NCBI GenBank assembly: GCA_002633005.1
Contig: NMRA01000046.1
Location: forward strand, 448,266-512,265
Source: Phoronis australis
Lineage: Eukaryota > Animalia > Phoronida
Length of the DNA: 64,000 nucleotides
Reading direction: 5' to 3'
In this document: positions 11,424 to 24,900 of the stretch, one piece after another
How the letters are laid out: each line of letters opens with the position of its first letter
Numbering within the stretch: the first letter of the stretch is position 1
Notes under the pieces: model-generated
The model's database searches: none
Seen by the model: only the letters and a program-made list of their open reading frames with translations
What the model was told of the DNA's origin: nothing
Position numbers and translations under genes: made by a program

Positions 11424-12060
11424 ATGGAGTACGCTAAGAAAATGGCTCTCTTTGACACTCGCTTATGAGAATCACCCTCTACACCCAATTCCCCCCGTAG
11501 CCTTCCCGTTAAGGCTTTGAGTGGGTTGGACCAAGACATGCAAAATATCGTGGAGCGGAAAGACGTTGATGAGAGTTGGAAAGTGAAAATGTATATTAAT
11601 CAGATTCTTCAGCGATTTGTCACCTACCACGACAAAATGAATCAACCAGTAAAAGTTGAAATAAGGGAATCAAAGCCAGCCGAGGATCGAAAGGAGGATA
11701 AGAATATTTCTTGTCAACTCCGTTCCGGTATCTATGCCTCGTAAGGTTTAGACGCTGCTGGAAAAGATAGAAAAGAATGCGAGAATGAGCTGGGATGAAC
11801 GAGGTTGTGTCTACATATAGGATCACCCATTGAATCTTCGAACATCACTATCTCTTGAATGACGTTCTCAGGAAACGAAAATGGTTGGCACCATAGGGCT
11901 GGAAAGAGTTTTCTCAGGAATTGAGAAATGCGAATGTTCCAAGGGAACTTATTGGAAATAAAGAATGTTGGTCATTAGTACAAGAGAGCACGGAAGCGAC
12001 TCCTAAAACAAAGAAACAAAAAAGGGTTGTTTGTGGCTGCATTGGACCCCATATTAGTGG
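11424..12060 (+). pseudogene. Polinton conserved hypothetical ORF, copy B
   Basis: MEYAKKMALFDTRL*...LSGLDQDMQNIVERKDV...SWDERG...NVPRELIGNKECW; several frameshifts; end approximate. Confidence 0.72.
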
Positions 12061-12123
12061 CTAACACCACTTTCGCCTCTCATTCGCAATGAGACAAAAG
12101 ATAAAGAAACAAGTTAACGTAGC

Positions 12124-12340
12124 ATTGACGATAAATTAAGACTCGTGTAGTATGATCCAAGGCACCCAGGAAGTTTTGGAGGGATAGACTCCACTTAACG
12201 AGACCTGAAAGGCAAATTGAAGAAAAGGATTGTGAAAAAAATGGCTTAGTAACCAAAACACTTATGTTCGCCACAAACCTCTGGTTAGAAAGATTATGAG
12301 ACGACGCATTATCATTAGATCCATTGGCCAAAAATTGGGA
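12124..12340 (+). pseudogene. Polinton retroviral-type integrase, N-terminal fragment
   Basis: IDDKLRLV*YDPRHPGSFGGIDST*RDL...VKKWLSNQNTYVRHKPLVRKIMRR matches the YYDPxxPGSFGG...VKxWLxxQxxYTLHKP Polinton integrase N-terminus; absent from the ORF track because of stops. Confidence 0.8.
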
Positions 12341-12599
12341 ATATTCCAATTTGTACAATAGAAGGTCTCCTATCGATCTTTTATTTGCTGGTTAACGTAT
12401 AACATATTAGCGTAACCAGGTGGGTCCAAGTCAAAAATTTGAAAACTCTAGATTTGACATCACTAAAATCAAGAGAAAAAGGGGGTGTCCTTACCCCAAC
12501 AATGCAATGCAGAGACATCTTTTCTTAGAATGGCTTTCGTACACCATAAGTCCTGTGAGTGTGCCAAAAGTGAGCTCGATTTGTTTGCCATGCCTCCTC

Positions 12600-15153
12600 A
12601 GACATAGAACACAATCCTATCTCCTATAACCCGTTCACCTTTAAGTGCTGCAAAGAACAGTGCAACAGTGTGGGAGAACTAATTAAAAAGACGAAACAAG
12701 ACTATAAGATGAAAATTATCAACATCAACAATGTCTCCAAAAATTCAAAGGAATATTGGGATATAATAAACAAAATTCGAGGACAGGTAAAGCAATCTTC
12801 ATACCCCACTATTCACTCAAAGGAATCCAACACTCGGGCATCATCCAAAGCTGAAAAAATAAGTTATTTTTAGAATACTTCAAGGCCAAGAGTCACGTTG
12901 CACCAACAACAAGCTTTCCCGAATTCCCAAACAGAACATTAGAACATCTCTCTGACATACAAGCCCAACCATCTGAAGTCCGAAAACTACTAGAAAATAT
13001 TGACGAAAACAAAAACGACAGTACCAATCTCATAACCAATAAAATGATTAAGATAATAGCAAGAGAGCTTACAGCTCCTTTGACAACATTATATAACAAA
13101 ATACTACAATCTGGAAACTTTCCTTTGAACTGGAAACTTGGTGTTATGATACCAATACACAAAAAGAACTCCAAAACAGACATTGCCAACTATCGCCCCA
13201 TAACTCTACTTAACACCCTATCCAAAATTTTAGAAAAAATAATTTCTCAACACATGTTTGACCACCTCTCTTCACAAAACCTCATATATTGTCGCCAATT
13301 CGGATTCATGCCTGGTAACAGCACTGTGTCCCAACTTACAGAAATTTTACACGAAATCCACCTCCAGTTTGAGCAAGGATACAACGTGAGATCCGTATTC
13401 TTAGACATTGCGTCAGCTTTTGATGTCATTCCCCATGATCTGCTTCTACATAAATTGCAATCTTACTGTTTTTCTGGAACTCTCTTCTCACTTTTAAAAT
13501 CATATCTGGAATGTCGAACTTACAAAGTCCGAATAGAAGGTGTCTTATCACGCTCATCAATGCCAGGTTTCATGAATGCTGGAGTACCACAGGGTACTCT
13601 TTTTATTGTACATCAAGGATCTTCCAGACACAATAAACTCTAAAACATTCTTATATGCTGATGACACTGCAATTTTCTACCCATTCTCAAAAGAGAATCC
13701 CCATGACTCCTTATAACTGCAAACTGACCTAAACAAACTCTATGACTGGTCTTGCAAATGGAAGATGAAATTTAAACCTGAAAAAAGTGTTGATCTTATA
13801 TTTCTAAGTCTAATAATTCTCAATTCCAAACAAATCCAATGCTGGAATTATCACTCAATGGGGAAGTTATTCCCAATAAGTTCACACACAAACACCTTGG
13901 ATTGCTACTAGATCACAAGTTTACATTTACTCCTCACTGTCGTGAAACTCGTGTACAAAGTACAAAAATAAATCAATCCAATTAGAATTGTCTCATGTCA
14001 TCTCAACTCCATGCATCTTGAAACTCTGTCTTTTGTTCTTCCACATCTAGATTACTGTGACATAATCTACCAATCAGCAAATGCTGGCATACTTCTTCAA
14101 TTAGAAAGACTCCAATACCAAGCAGCTTTAGCCATAACAGGAGCATACAAAGGATCCAACACAATCAAGGTTCTAAACAGGCTCAACTGGAGCAAACTAG
14201 CAAGCCGTCGTAAACTCCACTTGTCCATGTATACATTCAAAGTCTTAACCAACATAAACAATTACTCAAACAAAATCCTCTTTGACTCCTACAAAAGACC
14301 TAACACGAGACCAGGACTGCAGCAAAGTAATATGCACACTATTCCATCTTCCCTCAGCCAAACCTTCAGGAAATCTACCATATTAACTTGTATTGACAAC
14401 TGGAATTCCTTACCATCCAAAATAAAAGAAAGCACTTCAATCATCACTCTAAAAATAACTTTAAAATGCATACTACTAACTCAAGATTTGCCAGTCCCAT
14501 TGACATCGTTCCAACTTCCTCGCAACCACGAAATGATTCTTTACAGATCAAGATGCGGTCTATTCCTAAACAACGAGAAATTTAGACATAATTTTAATAA
14601 TATTTTACCTTTGTGTTGCTGTAGAGGCGCACAGACAAATGCTCATGTTTTCTTTGCTTGTGAGGTATGCAAGGAGCAGAGGGTACAGCTTTTCCAGACA
14701 TTCGAACAATACCCCAATATTTATAAAAAATATTCTGAAATTCCACTAGTGTACAACAAAATTAATTTTTTTCTAGATGGAAGTCAAGAACTCAACCCAA
14801 ATGAAAATAAGGTTTTATTCGAAATAGTATCAAAATTTCTTTATAATATTAAATCTCTTTGTGTGAGTGGATAGAATTGTATACATGTGTATGAAAATGA
14901 TTTATTTACTTTTGTAATCATGTGTCATTGTTTTTTAATTTATGTATTTTTGTAAAATAATTGTATACAGATTTCTTTTTTTATGTATTTGTGTAAAATA
15001 ATTGTATACAGATTTCTTTTTTATGTATTTGTGTAAAATAATTGTATATAGATTTCTTTGTACTTTTTTAACCCAGATATAATGCCTCTTGGTGCTTTCT
15101 GGGTTATACATATTCATTGTATCGAAGATTTCGTAATAAACATTTTAAAAAAA
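12600..15153 (+). mobile_element. 5'-truncated, frameshifted LINE (CR1/L2-group-like) ORF2 remnant with 3'UTR
   Basis: RT motifs NYRPITLL, QFGF, FLDIASAFD, GVPQG, LYADD (13651-13665), HKHLG; C-terminal CCC...HVFFAC; AATAAA at 15135 and A7 tail at 15147-15153; 5' boundary approximate. Confidence 0.88.
14941..15060. repeat. ~40-bp tandem repeat x3 in LINE 3'UTR
   Basis: TATGTATTTGTGTAAAATAATTGTATACAGATTTCTTTT repeated at ~14941, 14982, 15022. Confidence 0.85.
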
Positions 15154-15154
15154 T

Positions 15155-16403
15155 CCTATCTCCAGCATCAAGGACGACGGGTCGCTGCATTTTTTTTGTC
15201 TCTGGTTCGGGTGATGAATACGTAGACTTGTCGAACGCAGAATTTTACGCCAGGGCAGAAATTACCAATGCAGATGGACCGATTATTGCAAGGGATGCCA
15301 ACTGTGCCCCTACCAACCTGTGGCTACATTCGATGTTCAGTCATGTCGACATCTCTTTGAACGAAAAATTGATTTCTCCTTCAACCAACACTTGCGGTTA
15401 TAGAGCCTACTTGGAAACATTTTTGTCTTACGGCAGCGAGGCCAAGAACGGACGTTTAACTGCAGGACTATGGTACTAGGATACGAGTGGGAAATTTGAC
15501 ACCCTTAACGACGTTGATTTAGGGTACAAGACGCGTAAAATCCTTGTGGCAGGAAGCGCTTCCATTGACGTGAAAAGGAAACTGCACAGTGACATATTTA
15601 TGCAAGACAGATATCTACTCAACAACGTTGACATAATGATAAGATTGGTGCGAAGCAAGAACTCGTTGACCATCATGTCCTCGACAGCGGGTGCGAGTTT
15701 AAAAGTCAAGATCCAAGACGCCGCCTTATTCGTGAGGAAAGCTCGCTCACATAAAGGCCCTCGAGAAAAGCACCACAAAGTACCCTCTGCGATGTATCGA
15801 ATGCAAAGTGTTTTCCATCCCAGCCAGACACCTGTCTATGAGTCAAGAGAATTTGTTTTTAGGTCAAATTCCTAAGAGGGTTATTGTATAGTCTTTTGTG
15901 ATACAGACACTGTCTATGACTCAAGAGAATTTGTTTTTAGGTCAAATTCCTAAGAGGGTTATTGTGGGCTTTCGTGATACAGACACCTATAATGGATCGT
16001 ACGCCAAGAACCCTTTCTACTTTAAACATTATAACATCAATTATCTCTCTCTTTACGTCGACCGGGTGCAAGTTCCTTCTAAACCACTACAACTGAAATT
16101 TGACAAATCAACATTAGAGCTTTAAAAACCTTGTTTTCAGGAACAGGACAGAAATACGAGGACGAAGGTATCTACAGAAGACGTCTGGATAATGCCGGCT
16201 GCAACACACTGCTTGCTTTTAATCTTACCACTGACCTATCGGATGGGGGTCATTTTAATCTCACAAAAGAAGCAAACCTCCACTTGGAAATTCATTTCGC
16301 TTCGGCGCTGCCTTCTACAATAGATGCCATGTGTTTTGCAGAGTTTGAGAACATTGTGGAAATTGACAGAGCTATAAATGTCTTGTTTGATTTCACACCA
16401 TGA
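15155..16403 (+). pseudogene. Polinton major capsid protein (double jelly-roll), 5'-truncated
   Basis: FFVSGSGDEYVDLSN, NLWLHSMFSHVDISLNEKLIS, YRAYLETFLSYG, LHSDIFMQDRYLLNNVD, ENLFLGQIPKRVIVGF, NPFYFKHY, AEFENIVEID; stop at 15477, frameshifts, internal ~78-bp tandem duplication at 15827-15987. Confidence 0.92.
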
Positions 16404-16820
16404 GGACTGATCAGATTACTACGATTCTAGAATCTGATGGACTTTGGCGGTTGTCTTGCGAGTGATGAATTGTGTAACCTAGACGTCGTTTCACATCCGA
16501 ATGCTTATGTTTGCAACTATGATCCTAGCCACAAACTTGGAACACACTGGGTGGCTATTTATCTATCCGGGGATGGAAAAGGAGAATATTTTGACTCGTA
16601 CGGCATGCCACCGCCTTTGGACCACTTACGAGACTTTGTTGACAGAAATACAAATGGATGGACAACTCAGACCAGACAACCTCAGGGAATTTCTTCGACT
16701 TTTTTGTGAACAAATTGTATATTTTATTTGTTATATCGGTGCCGAGGATGGAGCATGGACTTTACATAGACACTAAAACTAATCATCGCTATGTTTTAGA
16801 ATTTGTGGACGGGTTATTGT
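16400..16820 (+). pseudogene. Adenain-like cysteine protease of Polinton
   Basis: NYDPSHKLGTHWVAIY, EYFDSYG, QGISSTF(C); ATGA overlap with the capsid stop at 16400-16403; frameshifted. Confidence 0.88.
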
Positions 16821-16830
16821 AATCGCCACT

Positions 16831-16832
<2 letters not shown>

Positions 16833-16863
<31 letters not shown>
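16833..16863. repeat. (TA)n microsatellite
   Basis: About 15 TA units. Confidence 0.95.
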
Positions 16864-16868
<5 letters not shown>

Positions 16869-18932
16869 GTCCAAATGCTCTTTCTAATTTATGGTATTAC
16901 GCTACAGAGATTATAAAATAGTTATCGGTATATTGAAATTGGAATATTGGTATCTGACGTTTTTTTGTGCTTGCTCAAGAAAAAAGAAAATAAAAATATA
17001 CGAATAATGGGAATTGTTTATGATAAACTCACCACAGAGGTAGTGTTGGTACAGAACAGAATTAGGAGAACGAAGGTAACGATATAGGACGTCTGGATTT
17101 TGCCTGAGGCAACATGTTGCTTGCCTTTAGACAACTTCTGAGGATTTGCCTATAGTTTGTCTACAAAATAAAGTGTGATAAAAAACAAAAAAGCAGACAG
17201 ATATTAAAAAAAGGTCTTGAATATCGAATGTAGACAGTTGATGAAGAGGAACGAAGGACTGACCAGCAAGTATGCGAAACGAAATTTAAAAATCTCTGTC
17301 TCTAAAGTGAAGAGTTAAGAAAAAGATAATTTACTGCTAACTTGCAAACTCTGATCTCGGAATGGTTTGCATGCTGTAGACTTGGTTGAATCTCTACTCA
17401 GTTTCCTAATATCACTGGCGTTTGAGGTTTTTTATATACACATTGTGTATCATCGTTAAAGTACCTAGACGATAAATAATTGATGGGGCATGCATGCGTA
17501 CGTGGTTCAAAATGCACTGAGCATAAAGAAAGACATGTTGAAAGTACTGAAAAGATCCAGCATCTTATTAAAGCAGACTGGTTCAAATTATACGTATTCG
17601 AATTATATTTAATTGACCCTGCATAAAGTAAGATATGTGTCAGCCCGGACTTTATGGCAAAGTTATGTAAGAAAGACTTATGTGCTAAGTAATCCAGTAC
17701 ACAGTTAATATGAACCGTGTGGAATTTAATAATTGACTGCTGGTACGGATAACGGTGTCTAAACATCTTGATGATTTTTGTAGTGTATTTGAATTTACTT
17801 TGTCAGTAATACACGTTTAAACAATATTTAGTTTATGTTCTATTTTAGGTGGTCACATCTTATCACTTTTCATGTGGCATAAGTTAAGACCAGTTTTATA
17901 GCAGCCAGCAAATGATCTAAAATTAAATTTTTGATAGAAAACCAGTTTGAACCAGACTTAAGGTTATGTGAGACCCTTGGAAAATGTCACATTTTGGCAA
18001 ACACCATATCTCAGAAGCATCTGATCCAACTGACATCACTTTTACATATTACTCTGCTTTTCACACTGTTCTTGATGGGCCATCAAAAGCATGACTTCTA
18101 TGATGGTTATGAAAAGATCACAAATTGGATAAAACAAAAATAAAATAATATTTTAGAAAACTATAACAGCACTTTTGAGATTTTATCTTTTAAAACATTT
18201 TAGTAACATTAATAAAATATCAATCGAAATTTGGTCATGTTATTGATGCAGTTGTTTTGCTATGAACCCAATGTAAATAGCATTGATTCTTTTTATTTTA
18301 ATTTTACAAAAACACATCGTCACATTTACCCAAATAATGGCACATTGGTAGAAAGTGAAGTCAAATTCTACAGGCATCTACTTTCAGAAAACATATATAC
18401 TTTACTTATAATTTTCTACATATTTGCTTAAATACACACTTGACAATAAGATCCTACATAACCTTAAGCCAGGCCTAAGTGCAATTTAGAAATAAAGCTT
18501 ATAAATTTATAAACACAACATTGTTTTCTGTTAGATAGATTCACAGACACTCAATGATTGCAGTGAGCGATAAACTATTTGTGTGACTGTATAAACTATT
18601 ATAACAGTATGTAATGTGCATCTCTTAATAACACACGGTGCTTGAACAAGGTGCCCCCCACCATTACATTATATAGTACAAATAAATGTGGTTGTGCCAA
18701 GTGTGTGGTCATTTCCAATTAAGTTGTTCAAAAAGCCTCATTTTTGTCAGCACAGCCCCTATACTTATACTGTGTGTGTGAATAGTATATAGTGTATAAA
18801 ATGTCCCTCAAGATATAGCCTTGCCCTACAGTTATGTCAGAATTAGGTTAGAATTTACCATTTGTTCCCTTTTTTCACCATGAATAAGAAAATTCAATAT
18901 TACTGATGTTGCCATGTATGCATTTATCTTAG

Positions 18933-21900
18933 GTGTCACCAGATGGCATGACAGTGACTCTGACTAGCCCCATACAGTTTAAGCACTTGTCCACACGTCA
19001 AGTATTGGATGGAGAGGTGTTTGAAGCACGTGCAGAGGTGGGAATGTTAACCAGGAACATAGTTGTACAGGGATCAGTGAATGATGCGTGGACCGAGGAA
19101 ATTCCTGCTTGTCCTAGAGGATTTAATCCAGGTAGTTTGATTTGTTGATTAAAAAAGAAAATGCAATGAGGAAATATATTCAGATCACTAAAAAGTACTA
19201 TATGGGAAATAATTATAATCGAGTGTGCCACAACACCAACATCTGTTGTATTTCCTTTCAGAGTCTGTTTTGCCACTTAAGTGTTAGTATTGTATTTCAC
19301 AAGTTTCTAATATTTTTTTCTTTTTTTGGTGTTTTTCCAGATGAGTTTGCCACTCAAACTTGTTTCCAAGGACGATACGGCAAGGAAATTGGCAGTGACC
19401 AGTTTGGATCCCAGATTATGGTCCACGGGCACAAAGAGAAGATGGCGTCTGCTCGTATTGAATATGTGGAAGTGAGGCATGCTGGGCAGGCTTTCCGACT
19501 GGGTCGCTACCCAATCCACTTCCACATGAATGGCGACGTCAGTGGAAATTACGTGCGTGGATGTGCAATACATCATACATTCAACAGGGCCACTACAATA
19601 CATGGCAGTCACAACCTACTGGTAGAGAAAAATGTGGCTTTCAACAACATGGGCCATGCCTTTTTTATTGAGGATGGTATTGAGACTAACAACACAATCC
19701 AGCATAACCTTGGTATTTTCACCAGGACCAGCTCAAGTCTTCTTAACACAGATGTGACTCCTGCCACCTTCTGGGTTACAAATCCTGACAACAGGCTGCG
19801 CCACAATGCCGCAGCTGGTGGCAGCCATTTTGGCTTTTGGTATAATCTGCCCAAACATCCAGGCGGGATGTCATATACAACTAAAGTTTGTCCGCGTAAT
19901 ATACCAGTTGCTGAGTTCACTGGCAATTCCGCTCACTCATTTGGAAGGCAAGGATATTGCATTGCATTCATTTTACATATTTTACTGAGATCTAGAGATT
20001 TAACCTTCAGTCACAGTTCTGCCTAAAGTGACCACATCTGCAGTGGGGAGGCAAGTATTCACTGAAGGAAAGTTTCAAATGAGCTGTAACTGTGGGTTCT
20101 GTCTCCCTGCGTCACCATTGTGGAGTTTCTTATTCAATTTCATGCTGATCTCGTTTTACTAAAGTCAAACCACTATTAGATCCCATGTGAATATCTATTC
20201 CTTTGTTTAATGATGAAGCAACTTGACTTTTTACTACCTGGGTGTGTTGTTGAGATATGGTACTGTCCTAAACTTCTACTCATTAGTAAGACAGCTGGAG
20301 AGGAATGGATAATGTTTTTCACCTAGAAGGCATCGATATGTTCTCATCTTAAGCTATGGTGTGCTAAATGTTCTAAGTGCTTGACATATTTGTAATTGTT
20401 ACAGGTATGGTCTGTGGATATTCATGTTCTACGATCCACGTGAGGGGGGCACCTGTGACTCAAAGGCAGCTCACACCCCAGGGGTGTTCAGCGACTTCAC
20501 TGTGTGGCACTGTGAAAGGGGTGCAGAAGTGGTGGCTGGAGGCTCTGTCCACTTCCAGAACTTTCTGGCTGCTGACAACGATAAATCTGGGTTAGAGGTG
20601 GGTTCATGTGGGTCTTGTGTACTGCACAATTCTTCACTATGGATGAGATAAATTGTTAATCATATGATTTTACATGATGAATGCAAAACTCATTCTATAG
20701 CAAATCATGTGGCCAAACAAAAGGCTACCTTTCATGTGGATGTACAACATATTCAAAAGATGTGACAAAGCATGCTGAAGTGCATGTGACGATACTTTAT
20801 GGGTTACAATACTCTTAGAAATGGAATTACTTGTTTTAATCTGATCAATAATCTGTCGTATAGTTCGTTGCCATTTGGAGCCTATAGTTTGCTGTCCTAA
20901 GAGATGCCGAATTTCCTTATGTAAGCAGATGAAGTATAGCCATGTCACACTACAATACATGTCCTAGTGGATAGCTGAAATATCCCTGACGATTGGAATC
21001 TGTAGTACTACACTCAAACATATCTGCTATTTTGACCTGCTTGTTTTGGTTGGGGACTGGGTAACAAATATGACAGTAAGCGATGACGCCACCCAAGCCT
21101 TTGTTTCCAGCAATAGGTTGACTTGGCTTATGCAAGTATTCGTTGTATTACGTACTAGTCGCCTTAGTATCCTTAGTAAAGTGCAGAAAGAGGTACATAC
21201 TTTAGATAGATCACACTATGTCCATATTGTGTTCTGATCCGACTTTTACCTGTACACATAGCCAAAGTGACTGTTCTTGATTACTGTCCATATGGCAGGC
21301 TGTGATGGGTGAAGGACCGTGGGATGAGAGTGGTCCCATGATGAGAGACTCAGTTGTGATTGGTTGGACTGAGAACAGCCTTGACAAGATGAGATCATGT
21401 ACAGAGGCAGGCGTTCATACACCGAAGATGTCCAGAGAGCAGCTGGATGGTATCAAGTTTATCAATTTTGATCAGCCGAGGTATGAAACTAGATGGGTTA
21501 TCTTTCTTACTATTCCTGTGGTACAGGTTGCCACTGTTAAGTGTAGAACCTAGGTTTTCATTATGACTGTTCATTTTGATGAAGAATTGTTTGTGGAACT
21601 GGAGCTTCAGTTACTTTTTGTTAAAAATATCGAAAGTCATTACATTTTATTAAAAAGCATTTTGTACTCACTGCCTAAAATGCAATAGTATAAACCAGGT
21701 AATTCTGCACAAAATAGATCTCAGACCTTTTTATACAAAGATATAAAATCATTTACTTATCCCTATAGAGATCATTTACATCTAGGACAATGTACTGACG
21801 AGGATTGTTTTCCAAAGTGGGATTGGTTTATGTGATGTTATAAAATTCAGTTTCTATCATGAGAAGTAATTTTTTGAGTTTGAATTGTTAATCAAGGAGT

Positions 21901-24900
21901 AATAGTCAGCTTGTCGAAGCCATCATCAGAATGAAAAGTACTGTTCCTTCAAATTATAAGTGTCACTATTAGAAGATTTTCAGATAATATGTCTTTGGTC
22001 TCCATTCTCCCCCTCAGTCTGTGACTGATAGGAAAAGCTTCATGACTGATGCTGTGGACTACAGGAAATGCTTATGTAGGTGAACACTTGACTGAAGCTC
22101 TGATACCATGCTTTTGCAAGTAGCCTGATGTTTCAAAAGTCTGTGGATCTCTGTGTCATTTCATCAGCTGTAAATCTGTCCTGTGTCTTATACTTCATTC
22201 ATAGTTTCCACTGTTGTCAGGTGCGCTGCTCTGAGACACTGTTCCCGATGCAAACCACTCCAAGGTGGGTTTCCAGTGCGCACACGTAACCTCAAGTTTA
22301 TCAACTCTCCCAACAAAGTATCATGGAAGTGGGAACATGAAGGGTGGTATGAAGATTTGGACGGTACACTAACTGGTGTCAAGGTGATTTTGGCATTGTC
22401 ATTTATTTTAATGTTTTAATATTAACTTGCCGTTTGGTGGTAATGATTGTCATCAAGCTCATCATCAGCAATACTAAATCTTGCTCCTCTTCATCTTGTG
22501 AGCTACTGGAGGTTTGCATGAAAAGGACTATATTCTACCAGATGGTTAATTGTGTGAGCGTGTGGGTGTGTGTGCATGTTTTCTGTTTATGAAATGGATT
22601 CTTGGAAAGCAAATTAACATAATGTGTCAAAAGAAAGTTGAGTGAACTTGAAATCCTATACAAACATCTAAGTATTAATAAGTCATGACAATTTAATTAC
22701 CTGCCAGGTATGATGGCCAAGGGATGAATTAAATTGTTAATTGGAAACCTAAACCTGCTGTTTTTCCCAAGGTACTTCCTTTTGATAGATATACTGCAGA
22801 TTGAATTTAGGAAATTTATCTTTCATCCTGGTGAAGTATTGTTATTCAATCTAAAAATTTTGTAAAGACTCAAAATATTCTCTTGAGATTGCAGAGCCGT
22901 CTTGACTCTTACTTTGGAACAGTAACTGTGTGGTTTTTGTGAAAATTGCGTTGCCCTCTGTAGATATTCCTGGACAGCAGTGCCTCCAAAATATTTTTTT
23001 AGTATCAGCTGTTTGTTATTTATCCCAGGGAGGGAAAGTGCTGCCTTCTTCAGGTATACTGCCAGCCAAGCATTGCATTCACAAGGCAGAGTTCAGTCAT
23101 GGGTATAAAGGTGTAGTGTGTGACAATACCATCACTTTACACAGAATGGCTCTGAATGGATACAAACCAGAATCACTAGAGGGTAGGCATTTTAGTCCTA
23201 TATATAAAGAAATGCATGCAGCATTGTTTTTCAGCTGAAAGTTTCTGGTTGGCTTTAATAAATATTTTTTATTGTTAGCTTCTCACTGAATTAGCAGCAT
23301 TGCTGTGGATTTCTTACCTTGCAGTTCTTTATTAAATTTATTATAGGCAGAAAATTCTATATGTGATTTTGGTTTTTAAAAGATTTAGCATTTCTGTCCT
23401 CATTCTAACTTAACTTAAGGTACAAACATTTGTTTGTTAGTTCATACCCTTTGCTTAACGATTCACACATTGAGCTCATGATATCCATGATAAGTTGTTT
23501 CACTATTATGGCATAGTTATTTCAATTTAGTTTTCGAGCAACTAAGGCATTGGACATTTTAGCAAAATTGTCTTGACACCAAACTGTTTGCATACTAGTG
23601 CTGCAGTGTTTAGTTCAACTGTCTAGGTAAGAGCCTTGTACTTACCAATAACTACGGCAGTTCAAGTGTACCATTCAAGAAAAAGAGACTCACCCATGCC
23701 ATGGGCTGGATGGCGGTAATGATGGACGCTGACCGGCTGAACCTTCACTATGAGAACGCTGATCACATCACGAATATAAGGTAGTGAGACACATTCTGAT
23801 GTCTGCAGTCACATACAAACTGAAGTACTTATTTCATACACACTTTAAAGCTTTGGTCCAACAATCTAGGGTTTCCACCTAGTATTTCAATCCATGACTA
23901 GGTGCACAGTTTTGTTTCTTCTATTTACGTAATGTTTACCATGCATTATTAGACTTAGCAAATGTCATCATGTTTTTATTTTGATTTGTGCTAAGATCTG
24001 CACTATGTATTATGATAAAGCTGTATTTTGTTCTGTTTAGCTGGCGAAAAATAAAATAGTATTAGGCCTTTTACCTTCATGAAATGGGTCTCATGATATT
24101 CCTTTACGTGATAGGATTCTAGTCTCATGATATTCCTTTACGTGATAGGATTCTAGTCTCATGATATTCCTTTACGTGATAGGATTCTAGTCTCATGATA
24201 TTCCTTTACGTGATAGGATTTTAGTTTCATCAACAACTCAATTGAGTCACAGACAATGCACGCATGCACCATTTTTGATTTTGCAATTTTAGGTTTGTTT
24301 AACCTCAGTAAACTCTGAAAGTTTTTTTGTTGAGTTCCTGATAATTTTGATGTTTTAATTTTTGGTTATGAAAATAGATTCCTATCAGGGTAAGAAATAT
24401 TATGAGATTTTATGAGGTTGAGCAAAAGACTTGATTCAATTTTTGTAGCCAGCTCAGCTGAGCAAAATACAGTTTTATTGTGTAAAATTTTCTGTGTTTC
24501 AATAAATTATTGGTAAGTTGTTTTATTTTCTAGTTATTCTGGTGGATTTTATGAATTCCAAGATGGTGAATATGTGATGCTGAGTCACAACTTCACTCAG
24601 AAGCCAGACAGCTTCACAGTACGTGCTGGATCTATAACAGTGTCAGAAGGCTCTGAGTCAAGACTACGCTATGACTCCTCGTACACTGGTGACTGGTACT
24701 TTGATGAAGGAACTTATGAATTTACCTACATGGGTGAGTCAGTTGTTGAAACTAACAAGTCTACCAATTCCCATTTAATAAGGTGTTGATTTTACAAAAG
24801 ACTGTGTTCATGGCCTAAGATGTTTATAAGACTAATATGTTTAAATGCTGACTGGCTATGCTTCACTTTTCGGTATTTGCTAAACACGCTTTTTCAATAT

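Larger units (their letters stand above)
3272..16820. mobile_element. Decayed Polinton/Maverick (adintovirus-like) endogenous element, rearranged, with nested insertions
   Basis: Clustered remnants of penton, packaging ATPase, pX-like protein, integrase, major capsid and adenain protease, all with stops or frameshifts; no pPolB and no convincing TIRs seen; boundaries approximate. Confidence 0.92.

Noticed and set aside
16865-17400. Possible further Polinton gene remnants after the protease
   Set aside because: Coding-like composition but no identifiable protein
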